A stretch of DNA of 63,311 bases, the filler included, from Octopus bimaculoides (Eukaryota), in the NCBI RefSeq assembly GCF_001194135.2. It is 6 parts of 6 records of this genome, joined end to end, with 100 filler letters (N's around TTAATTAATTAA, not from the genome) between each part and the next. Parts side by side here need not be neighbours in the genome. Positions count along the whole stretch, not along the records: positions 23,056 to 43,817 come from NC_068984.1; 5 more parts are not named here. One strand, 5' to 3'. Positions 23,911 to 35,960 of this stretch are shown here, in pieces. Below the pieces are notes generated by a model, which saw only the letters and a list, made by a program, of their open reading frames with translations, was not told the DNA's origin and made no database searches. Position 1 is the stretch's first letter; each line of letters starts with the position of its first letter. A program made the translations under genes and the position numbers.

Positions 23911-26900
23911 AAATGCATGTTGAATGCCTAAAACTACAAAATATGTTATTTACTCATTTTTGTCATTGAGGTGTGCTAAAAATAACAGCTAAATAACGTT
24001 TTTGAATCAATCTTTTAAGTTTGTGCTATCACAGTGCTTAAAACTTCAAAAAACGTGTTGTTTACTCTTTCTTGACAACACGTGCTATTTTCTGGATGTT
24101 TATGACAAAATGTGCAGTCATGCACAAAATGACAGCTTCCAAATACTGTTTCCTGAATGGGTGAAAATGATCAAACTTTAAACCTCTATAACTTTTAAAA
24201 AACATTTTTCTGGAAAAAGTGAAATAGCTCCAGCAATTCAGCTTGGAAATGTATATTATTGTGCCAAATTTTAAAATTTTCGATAAACAAACTAGATCCA
24301 AAAAACCCAGCCAATCACACTATCACCATCATTAACAACAAGAAAATACACAGACATCTATGAAAAGAGCAGAAACAAAAACACAAATGCAATAGAAAAT
24401 TAATTTTAAAAAATGCAACATAAGCTCAAAACAGAGAGAGAAAAAAAGAAACAAAGCACGAGGGAAAGATTCCATCAAATTTGGAGCCAAAACACTACAC
24501 CATAGATAAATACTGAAGGAGTCAACAAATGTTTGCAAAATAATGCTGGGAAAATTGTGGTCAGCTCAGAAGCAAAATCTCTTAATAAAGATCATTAGAT
24601 ATACATATAGTAGCAATGAGTGAGACCCGGATTTTTTCAGGGGTCTGGAAGTCTTCCTGGAAATGTTTTGTTCTTGTGGAAACAACATCTTAGATGCACA
24701 ACAGGATTGTGCAAGCACATGCATGTGTGGGATAACCAAGAGGAGAGAGTTTCACAAATCCTTGCAAGCGTGCTTAGATGGTTTTTAACTAACACATTTC
24801 CTGAATGTGCTTGTATGGATGTGAAGTAATCTTAATGGGTTATCTAGATTGTATCTAAATAAAATATTTATTAAGCCCTTAAAAAGAGTGTTGGGATGTC
24901 TTCAATTTCTACTGGTCTGCTATACATACCACAAATTTGTGGTCTGGATGTTCAATCTAGATAAAATTTGTAGACGAACTCAGCTACTAGAAGTGAATGC
25001 ATCATTCCCTCTGTGTAAAACATACAGAGGTTAGATTAGCATTTTAGTTAAGCAACAGTTGATGGACAATCATCAACAACTTTTGTTAGGGTGTACTGAA
25101 GAGGGCAGTAAAACTAGAATCCATAAGTATTTATAAAGAAATAGCAATAGAGAAAAATAGACTATGGAGGATTAGTGAGTTGAAGTGGTGATTAGGAAAG
25201 ATATTGTGACCAACATGCTAGTGGCAGGATTCGACCCTAGCTGTTTCTTAACATGAAACATGAAAGTTGGGTTCCTAGAGCTAAAGCACATGCCCTAAGA
25301 CACAAGGGAATGAAAGATGTTCGAGTGGTAGAGATGCAGCATAGCAACAATGTCATAAATTGGTCTTTCATGGCCCAGGATGGGCATGTGCTACTTGATT
25401 CCAAGCTGCGATTTTTTACTTCAATGGCTTACTTTGGCTCTCAGCGGAAGATGCAAAAAGCTGATAAGAGCAGCTGAGACACATGTTATGAATAGTTGTA
25501 CAAGGTGAAGGTCGACTGGTTCAGTTGGTCTGCCTCATGAGCTTTAAACATATATGTCAGACTTGATCACTGACATCTTTGCAAAAAGCTACTATGACAG
25601 GCAACAGAACAAGCATAATACCAGATCTGTCAGCTTGAGGAAAGATGTAAACAAAAGAGACATAATTAACAATATCTGGCCCTTAACTAGTTTTCTATGT
25701 TTACCGAACAAAGTCATCGAGGGGGGGGGGTCTTTACATGGTTGTAGCTGAGGTGATTTACACTGTCATCATGAATGAGATGTTTTTGTCATGGGTTATC
25801 TAGGTGTAGCGAAAAGCTTCTCTCTCCTTCAGTTATATATACATGAATGCGGACGTAACAGATAACAGCTAGCCTTCGGCCGCATCTTTGGACCCTGTTG
25901 TGTCCACCGCTCAGATTGGTTGGTATTGGCGCATTTTTGGTATTTGGCGCATCTTGTTCTATTTCACACCAGGGTGCATACCAACCAATCACAGTCTTCT
26001 GATGTCATGTGGAACAGTTTTCTGAACTCCTGTTTGAGCCGTTTATTTCTCATAAATAGCGAGCTTGTCTGTGCTAAAGTTTGTCACAACTTTAGACCTT
26101 CTGAGGTCTAGCCACTGACCACAGAGCACACAACCAGTTCCAACGACGACACGACACAGCTTCATGGAGATCCACAATTTGTTCAACACCTTACTGCAAA
26201 CTCCATCTTCGTTGTCACTTTCAGCTTCTTAGCATCTACACCGATGTCTCTACGTACACACCACCAACAGCACTCGCACAGGTTCTCTCAACACTGTTTG
26301 CGTGAATCGCTTCACCATGAATAACAGCGAGTACAACCTGCGAGACCTGTACCAAATAACTGGCCGCAGCATCGTAGCCTCAACTTCTTACACGACTTCT
26401 TGTACAACACCTCTACCACTGTGTACCATGAATACGAACTGGTATTCCCCATCCTTGTGTCTGGACTTTCTTCTAACGTCCTTATATAGATTGTTTTCTA
26501 TGCTCTGTATCTCTTGCATTCACATACACATATTTGTATACACACACAATTTTGTTTACATGACGGCCTGTCTTATATTGTGTTTTATTATGTCACATTC
26601 ACACTCACAGATATTCTAGATGACAACCAATAAAACCTTATTTTTATACATTTTTACCTGTTGAGTCTCTCTCTTTTCTTGTTGGCACTTAACTCATTTT
26701 TACCTCATTCCATCCTTTGTCTTTATATTTGTGCCGACTGTGCAATGCGCTAAAGGAGCCATTCCTTCGTCACCATCTCCTGGTCGCATGGTTGCTACAT
26801 AGGCTTAAATATCCGAATATCGGCTCCACAAGCTATTTTGTTCCAGCAGGTCACATGACCTTATGATTAACTGAAATTGTTTGTATTGGTCGGTTTCCAG

Positions 26901-27406
26901 CTGCCAATCATGTTGGCACAACAGTTAGTTTTTCCTTATGCAAGAAATTAACCACCAGCTCTGGGAGCCTACTGATCTCTTTAAGAACGACTATTTTCGA
27001 CTGCTCTAGGTCTTTGGCACATGCCACTCACAACTCGTCTCTAACAACAATGTATCTGACACCAGACAGTTTCTACTTTCATCTCCTCTACCAGATGCCT
27101 GCTTTACATCGTTGCTGTATGAACACTACACAAGCAACAAACCAATGGCTGCTTCTCTATATACCTCCAAACAGTACATCAACTTTGCCTACAAGATCAG
27201 CAGTCCAGCCTAACCACGAAGTCTCTCACACATCTTTGTTGTAACCTGTTATTTTATTTCATGTATGGCAATCACTGTATTTTATTATGGAGAATAAATT
27301 GTCGCTTACCAGTTCATTTCATTTCAAGTCATATATCATTTTCCCATTTCCTCATTTACTATCTTTGTTATGTGGTCATTCAACCTACTAAAGACAATAG
27401 CTAAAT

Positions 27407-27660
27407 AGGTAAATTTTCAGATTAACACCCGCACGATTTTCACTAGAGTGTTAGGGTTTTAGGGTTAGGGTTTTAGGGTTAGTTTTAGGGTTAGGGTTAG
27501 GGAATTCCGTCCCTAACCTTAACTGCAACCTTAACCCTAACCGTAACCCTAACCCTAAAACTAACCCTAAAACTAACCCTAAAACCCTGACCCTGACCGT
27601 AAAACCCTAACCCTAACACCCGAGGGAAGATCGTGCTGGTGTTAATCTGAAAATTTACCG
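27407..27660. mobile_element. Palindromic MITE containing opposed TTAGGG-like arrays
   Basis: Perfect 22-bp terminal inverted repeat ggtaaattttcagattaacacc (27408-27429, 27638-27659) extends inward into (TTAGGG)-like and (CCCTAA)-like arms. Candidate 6-bp TSD ctaaat/ccaaat. Confidence 0.85.
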
Positions 27661-28142
27661 CCAAATATTGCATAAGTCACACCCTACTTTCTAAAGTAGA
27701 TAAGAGTAAGGTGGGAAATATAGTCATTGATATTAAATGTAATGAAATCGTGCTTCCCGCTCTTACAGTATTTACATTTACAAGCAACTATAAAATAATC
27801 TGGTAATGTAGGTCTTATTATCTCCCTTAGCTATTGAGTATGATAGAATTTGTTTCCCTATGATCATAAATTTTTATGTTTAGGTCATTAGTTAATTTGT
27901 GTAGAAACCATTAAAAAACAATAATTAATTTGAGATTCTGTTAAATTAACAACGTATTGTTGTTTTGCGTGTGTGTGTGCACATGTGTGCTGACATGCAC
28001 TTTCACAGGAATTCTTATGTCATAAATTGTTATCACATTTTACTGTTGTTTAAATATTGCATATGAAAAACGTGTGTGAGCTGGTCACATTCTGAGCAAC
28101 TAAAATTTTATCGCAATGGTTCTGTGTTTGTTTTTTATGCAG

Positions 28143-28178
<36 letters not shown>

Positions 28179-28560
28179 TATCATCATCACCATCATTATC
28201 ATCATCATCATTTAACGTACACTCTCCATGCTGGCATGGGTTGGACTGTTGACATGGAACTGGCTAGCAAGGAACTGTCCAGACTCCAACTGTCAGTTGT
28301 GGCATGGCTTCTACGGCTGGATGCCCTTCCTAACATCAAGTGTGCTGGGCGCTCTTTACATGCAGCTGACATGTATGCTTTTATGCAGCACCAGCACAGG
28401 TGCATTTTAACTGGCACTGACACCTGAAAGGACAAACCTGTATCTATGGAAGACAGTGACTTACTTAGCTTGATGTGTCTTGTCAAGTACAGCAAATCGC
28501 CACATCTCTTGGTCCCTTGTCATTTCGTCAGTGAGGCCCAGCACCCGAAGATCCTTTCTC
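28143..28560 (-). mobile_element. SINE, (ATG)n-tail family
   Basis: (CAT)n tail plus reverse complement of the family 3' end (ggctggatgcccttcctaac). Confidence 0.7.
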
Positions 28561-30493
28561 ACCACAGATGAAAATAAATTTCTGCTCATTTAGCATAATC
28601 ACTGAATAAAAATACATTGCATCAATTTTATTAATATATGCAATTGTATCAATTTGCATTTCTCAAAATAGTGCAGCATGCTGTTGCATCAGTACCAGAA
28701 TGAGTTATCTCATTACCTCATTACAGAATTGCACTCTTTTACGTTCAAATGATCTATGACTTTCCTTCTGCTTAATTAATTAATTATGAGTCATAAATAA
28801 ATAGGTTAACTACAGTTCAAACATGTACTTAGGACTAAAACAGACTAACTGGCTTCAGCTGATCAGAAATCAACTATTTGTCATTGTCAAAATTGAAGGA
28901 AGTTTAAGAAAGAAACTTTTTGTCTCTCAGCAAATTATGGAAAACTTTGCTAATCTCAGGTAAAGTATTAACACTATAATGCCATTATATTTATCTGTAA
29001 AGCCAAAACATCATGATTTAATTGATGTATGTATTACTTGAATATTCATTCCTTGGCTATCATATGAATGTCAAATTCAAATCAAACAAGCAATGAGTAC
29101 AATTACAAGTTTTACAGGTGTATAAAGTCTCCCTTGATTTTACTAAAAGTCATGTATACTGTTATACAATATATTTTGTGTGTTCACTTGTGGAAGTAAC
29201 AAAAGAAACTAATTTTAAAATAACAGTGGGACTATATTGCTGGATCAAAGCAAGAAACATTACAAATTCTGGAGGTTTTGTTCATCCATCATTTGGATAA
29301 TTCAGCTTGGGTCATCATTGGTTACATGTTCTCCGTTATATTAATTTTCCTATGGTGAAAAAGGCAGGAGTCCACATAACTTGCCTTGAGGAAAACTCTC
29401 ACCTCTCTCACTTGTAAATAATTTGTCGCATCGATTTATGGAAAAAAAGAGCCTATATAAACCTAATGTCTTCAGTATGCCATAATAGAAAATGATCTTG
29501 CTACAAAAGCAAGACAAACTTATTTTATAGATATTTGTATGTCCAAATTAAGTGGTTTAGTCTGATGATAATAATAGGCATTATAGAATTATGGTACTAT
29601 ATCATTAGAATATCACAGTTTGTAAAAAATGCTTTAAAAATTTCTCTTTTCATATGTGTCAATAATTTGAATAATGTATTTCTAATGAGAATGATGAGCA
29701 TCAGGAATCTATTGAAAATACTGAATTGGATATATGTGTTACGACTATAGCCAACTCTGAAGAATCACTCAATGTTCAAACTATCAACTTGCCAAACAAT
29801 GCCTCTTTTGATCTCTACACCTGGATCATTATGCACATACTACAATTCAGTCACATCAACTATCTGCATCCATAACATTATCAAATTCTGAAGCTTGGCC
29901 ATAACATATCATCAATTGTCATCTACTCCAATACTAGAAACTTGGCTTTCAACACTCATTTCACAAGGATTGGTTACATGGTTCACCCAAAAACTGAAGA
30001 ATCTGAAATAAAAAAGAAAGGATGTTACATAGAATAATGTAAACATAACAATGGTGTTGCCATAGTGTGCGAACCAGCTGGGAAAAGTTTTATCGGAATT
30101 GATTCACAGAAAACTGAGAAATCTTAAATTTCACTCCTATGGTACTAATGTGATTCTGGGTGAATGTATACACACACACACACACACACACACACATATT
30201 TACACATGTACATGCATACATACATATGTACATACATACAAACATACATATGCATGCACACACACAAACATACACATGTATATATATATAATTATATGTA
30301 TTTCTTCTATCTTAATGAATAAAAATTCTTCGGATAGAATAAATGGGTTAATAGAAACCAATGTAGCAAAGAACACAAAATAACTGTGGTGTAGTTCCTG
30401 TTTTTAAGGCAGGAACTCCTTGAAATTTTGGGTATTTGAGTATATTTAAAAATTTAAGGAATGGAGAAAACGCATGTTATAATTGCATACTTT

Positions 30494-30578
30494 ATTCCTA
30501 CATATGTTTCAAAGGAGTACAACCTATGTGATCCATAGGGATCTGTGATTTAAAATTGTAACCTTCTCTTCAGGGAAT
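30494..30578 (-). ncRNA. Type I hammerhead ribozyme candidate with extended stem II
   Basis: Minus strand reads ATTCC-CTGAAGA-stem II-GAAAC-ATAT-GTA-GGAAT. Stem I is ATTCC/GGAAT, the core is CUGANGA plus GAAA, the cleavage triplet is GUA, and stem III is the palindrome CATATG. Confidence 0.75.
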
Positions 30579-30639
30579 GCATGGGAATCATCTTAAACGT
30601 AAGACATTATGACCCTGAAGAGAAGGTTACAATTTTAAA

Positions 30640-30685
<46 letters not shown>

Positions 30686-30750
30686 GGCTTGAATATGGTA
30701 CTTATGCGAAGGCACCCGAATATCGCATCCCAAAAGGATGGGTGATTAAA

Positions 30751-31225
30751 ATCAAACAATAAGCAACACGGATTTCAAANNNNNNNNNNTACGCACGTTT
30801 CATGCTACTTCAATTTATTTAAGTAATGCAAGCATTACCTTAAATGCAATGTGAAGAGCAATCTTCAGCTGCACGAAAATGCAGAAAAAAGACATATTAT
30901 AAATGTGGCAACATATCAAATCCAAGTGGGAGAGAGCAAGTTAAAAGCTTTTGTCTAGAATCAATTACTAGCCTGATAGACTCCGTTATGTCAAGATGGA
31001 CTTATATATTCTTCCTCACATTTGGATTTTTATGTATGCTCTCTCCCACTTGGATTTGATATGTTGCCACATTTATAATATGTCTTTTTTCTGCATTTTC
31101 GTGCAGCTGAAGATTGCTCTTCACATTGCATTTAAGGTAATGCTCGCATTACTTAAATAAATTGAAGTAGCATGAAACGTGCGTACTGCAATCACTTTTG
31201 AAATCCGTGTTGCTTATTGTTTGAT
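30751..31225. mobile_element. Foldback element, about 188-bp near-perfect inverted arms
   Basis: 30751-30938 is the reverse complement of 31037-31225 (one visible mismatch outside an 11-N gap), with a 98-bp spacer and (TA)n nearby on both sides. Confidence 0.9.
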
Positions 31226-31961
31226 ATATATATATATATATAGATGGGCTAACTTAAAGAGTTATTGTACTTATGCTCATGAGGTCATGATTTAAGGCAT
31301 TTCAGTTCACGGTATTCAGTTTACTCACCTGAAATGAGCAATAGATGAGTACTGGTGCATCTACTCTTTGGTAAGATTAAATGACTATCAGAACCATTTC
31401 AGATAATGTGCTCAGTCTGTGGATTGATGATAGCTATTGATGCTCTTTGAAAATTTTATGGTAGGGACTTCCAAATATTTGTGGAATGTGGTACCACTCA
31501 GAACCATTCTGTAAAGTGATTCGTGAGCAAGCAGAGATGTGAGGTCAACAAGACCCTTTAGGCTTGCTGAAGACATGGATATTTCTCTAGTGCTGATGCC
31601 ATGAAAAAATGACTCCAGTATTAGATGAGCAGTAACTCCATAAGAATGACCCAGGCCATAGCAATCCACCTGACCCATGCCAGAATGGAAGGCAAATGTA
31701 AAAGAATGATGATATCTATATAACCCACACTGTATTGATTACTGTTGCTATTAATTCTGTTACATATAAAAGCCATCCTATTGATTACTATTTATTTGTG
31801 GTTGTTATTTATGGTAACTTTGCCTCTACACCACTTAACAAAATGAAAAGTGGGGCAGGAAAAGAAAGAAGAAATGATAAACTTTATGTTAAAGCTCTTA
31901 TAGAAAGTGAGTTCAGTGAGGTTCAGTCCAACAGCATGGCACCTTGGGAAAGAGTCTTCTA

Positions 31962-32450
31962 TGAGGATTGGCTGAAAAGTTCATAAGCTGACCAAGATAC
32001 TCTCATGGAATGTGATCAAATGAGATTTATTTTTCAATATAATCCCCCTTTGTGGTTCACACACTTCTTCCATTGGTGTTGCAGTGTTTGGATCCCATTG
32101 GTGAAGAAGCTTTCATGCTGTTGGTCAAAAGAGTCATCAATAGCAGATATGATGTCATCATCTGCAATACTGGTTCCCAGCCAAATGTTTTTTTCATTTT
32201 GGGGAACAGATGATAGCCAGATGGGCTCCAAATCTGGAGAATAAGGAAAGTGATCAACCAGTTTAAAGCCAAAGCCATGCACAACGGCCATTGAAAGCCA
32301 GGACTTGAGTGCTGGAGCATTGTCCTGATCAAACGACTCCTTTGGTCACTTTTCTTAGACATTTGGTCTTGATAGCCTTTTGTAACTGCCTCAGCAAATG
32401 GCATAGTTCTCTCCATTGATGGTGTGGCCCTTTTGAAGATAGTCAATAAA
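31962..32450 (-). mobile_element. Mariner (DD34D) transposon 3' remnant
   Basis: FPYSPDL, YHLFPKMKK and GIQTLQHQWKKCV motifs; TA then a TIR-like tgaggattggctgaaaagtt at 31962. Confidence 0.8.
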
Positions 32451-33447
32451 CACAATGGTTGGTTTGCAAATCCTACCCTAACCTCTTTTATAACATGCAG
32501 AGGAAATATTGGGTCTATTCTTTGACATGCTAATCCCCACATAGTACTTGAGCAATGTGAAATGAAGTATTTTGCTCAAGAACACAACATGCCATTCAGT
32601 TCAGGAACTGAACCCATGATCTGGTGATCATGAGTGTAATACCCCAACCACTAGATCACAAACCTTCACTAATATAGATAATGTTAATGAAAAATGGATG
32701 GATCTCAAATAATATTTTATAGTATTGTTTGATGTAAAATTAAATTGTATTGATGCCGAATAATATAGGACTGATGAATATTGATAAAAGTTTATGGCAT
32801 TCATGAATGTTACAGAATACAGTATTGTTGTATGTGTTATAAATAAATGATATCAAACAATGTAGTATTGATGGCTATCATATAATTACTATACAATATT
32901 GATGGATGCCAAAAACTACTGTATAGTATTTATAAAAGGTAATTATCATTGCATTGATTAGTGTTAAATAATATTTTATAATATTAATTTCAAATTTTAG
33001 CACAGCGTCAACAAGTCTGGTAGATGCGATAAGTCAATTATATTGATTCCAGTGTACAACAGGTCCTTATTTTATTGACCCAGAAAGGATGAATGGCAAA
33101 GTCAATCTTGGCAGAGTTTGAACTCAGAACGTAAAGATGGACAAAATGCTGCTAAGCATTTTGCCTGGCATACTTATAATTCTGCCAGCTTGCCACCTTA
33201 ATATTTTATAATATTGACAGATGTCTAATATAGTATTGATGAATGTTAAATAATGGTTAATAGTTCTGATAGATATGAAATAATAGTTTACAGTGTTGCT
33301 GGATGTGTAATGATGGTTTATAGTGTTCATGGATGATATAGTGCTGATGGACATCAGATACAATATTGATAGATGTCAAATAATTTATAGCATTCATGAA
33401 TGTGAAATAAAGTATATAGTATTTATGGATGTCAATATTATATAGTA

Positions 33448-35960
33448 CAGTGTTCCCTATTTATAAGGCATCTCGCTATACCATGTCCCTGCATATAATG
33501 CAGGTGGTTTGATGGACCCCAAATAATTTGAAGCAGAATTTCCCTCATTATCGCTCACAACTTGCAAAAACCTTGATTAAAAGCAGAATTTCAGCAAATT
33601 TCAAAGAAATACATACCTTAATCAACAGCTCGAAAATATTGCAATCAGTTATCATGTAGTTGGGTGCTAATTACATGTTTTGTGTACATAATTTCTTTGA
33701 TTTTGTGATGAAAACAACACCTTTTTGACTGATGAGCGCTTTTGACAGTTTGTTTACCACGACTTGATTGGATCATTTGAAGAAGCTTCCACCAATCAAA
33801 GGGGTCAAATGAGTCAAACAAATTAATATTTAAAGGAAGTAATTAACACCCTGGAGGTACAATTCCTATAAAAGGGAGACCATATTCCACTTCATTCATT
33901 ACAATTGCAAGTTATCTTGCAGATGTTTAAAAAAAAATTAACCATTTGAATACACAATGCCTAAGAGGGAATCCTATTCTATAAAGGAAAAGTTAAATCT
34001 GGTTGATCGCATATGAAATGGTGAAATCAAAGCCAAACTATTGAGCGAGACAGGTGCTCCAGAGTCCACCCTGCGTGGTTGGGTTAAGAATGAGGCTAAC
34101 CTCAAGAGTTATGTAAATACGGTTGTAGACAGTGAGGGCCTAGCTAGGATGGAGGCCAGGACTGCCACTGACAGTGAACTTGAGAAAGCAGTTTTCACCT
34201 GGTTTGTCTAGGAGCAGAACGGCAGCATCCCCCTGTCAGGTACTATTATCAGAACCCAGGCAGAGAAGTTTCATAGTCAGCTGCATCCAGAGCAACCTGA
34301 CCAGCCTGTACAGGTTCCAGAATTGCCATGGTATAGGTGCTGTTAAGATCAGTGGGGAGGAGAGATCAGCAGACAGCCAAGCTGCAGATGACTTTCCAGA
34401 GCTACCCTGAAACAACATATGGAAGCAGAGTCCCTCACCCCAGAACAACTGTACAATGCAGATGAGTCCGGCCTCGACTAGAAGATGCTACCAAACAATA
34501 CCCTAGCAGTAACAACAGATGCTCATAAGATCTTGGGCTATAAACAGGCAAAGAACAGACTCACCATCCTCTTTACCTGCAATGAGACAGGCACCCACAA
34601 GCTTAAACCTCTGGTTGTGGGCAAGTTTTGATCACTCAGGTGCTTCTACCATTTAAACACGAACAATCTACCAGTGTTTTACAAACACTCAGCCAGGTCA
34701 TGGATGACAGCCAGCATATTTGAAGAATGGTTCTTCAAGTTATTTGTCCCTAGTGTTAGGAGCCACCTTAGGAGCCTCAACCTACCTGAGAAAGCTATTC
34801 TCCTGCTAGATAACTGCTCTGGCCACCCACAGGTAGACATCCTACAGACCAGAGATGGCCAGATCAAGGTCCTCTAACCTGCAAAATACAGCCCTGTGAT
34901 TCTGGCATCATTCAGGCCTTCAAAACCACCTACAAAAAGGAGCTCATCCTGGAAATGATAGAATCTCTGCTTAGTGTTCCAGACTATCTGAAGCAGTTTA
35001 CCATCAAGGATGCCAGTAACTTGTCAGGTAGAGCCTGGGCTGCAGTGTCAACCAAGACCATAGCCAGCTGCTGGAGCAAGACCCTTGGTGCAGCCTTCCC
35101 ACAGCCCCAAAAGCCAGAGCTAGAGCCAGAAGAAGAGGAATTCATGGGATTCGCTGAGAAGGAGACTAGGGCAGCGCAACAACATCTAGAGGATCGCCTA
35201 GAGGAGACAATGACTCTGCAAGACTAGGTTAACAGGTGGCAGGAAGCAGAGGAAACCACACCACCAACAGAGACACTGATAGACACCCAGATTAAGGAGG
35301 AATCAGAAGAAGATGACACAGAGGAAGTGGAGACACCAGCCCCCCTGCCAAGACACAAACACAGAGGCTGTCTCACACCTCAAGTGGCTTATAGAATACA
35401 CTGAATGTGAAGACTATGACCCAGTCTACACCATGCACCTGAAGAACCTGCTCAGGCAGACACAAATTAAAATTAGGAAAGGACTGTGCCAGAAGAAGCT
35501 GACAGACTTTTTTTATGTGATTGAATAAAAAACAATTAAATGTGAACTTTCAATGTAACTTTATTAATCAAACATACTTTTAAGGGCTTTCAAATCATTC
35601 ACTAGGTGGCATCTCATCAGAAATGCAATGTAAAAGCATTTCATAAGTATTTATTGAAAATTCTTATTTTAGAGTCAACAGGAATTACTTACAGAAGTAA
35701 ACAATGTGAATATTTTTAAAAAGTTGTTGTAGGAGCTGTAATTCATGATATTTTGTAAGTAATTTATTGGTATTGTGTAATAAATGTTAAACTTGATTGA
35801 ATATGCTTTTTTTCGTTTGTGCACTTTACTAACCAAACCAAATATCTCATTTGCTTCTATTGTTGCCTGCCCCCCCACCTTACCCATGAATCTGCAGTTC
35901 AGATAGAACGAGGTTGGTTTTCTTTGACCCAATCACCTGCGTTATAGAGAGGCAGCACTG
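33448..35960 (+). mobile_element. Tigger/pogo-like DNA transposon, full length, transposase decayed
   Basis: CAGTG...CACTG termini with TA on both sides. Interrupted ORF from 33957 (MPKRESYSIKEKL, CENP-B-type HTH, YNADESGL, WMTASIFEEWF, LLLDNCSGHP) to about 35526. Confidence 0.88.

Noticed and set aside
25764-27400. LTR-like blocks (TGTCATC...GATGACA at 25764-26625)
   Set aside because: No TSD, PBS or PPT at the proposed ends; left unclassified.
28900-30010. Possible hAT remnant or further MAM exon
   Set aside because: All frames after the 30003 acceptor hit stops, with no MAM motif and no clear transposase motif.
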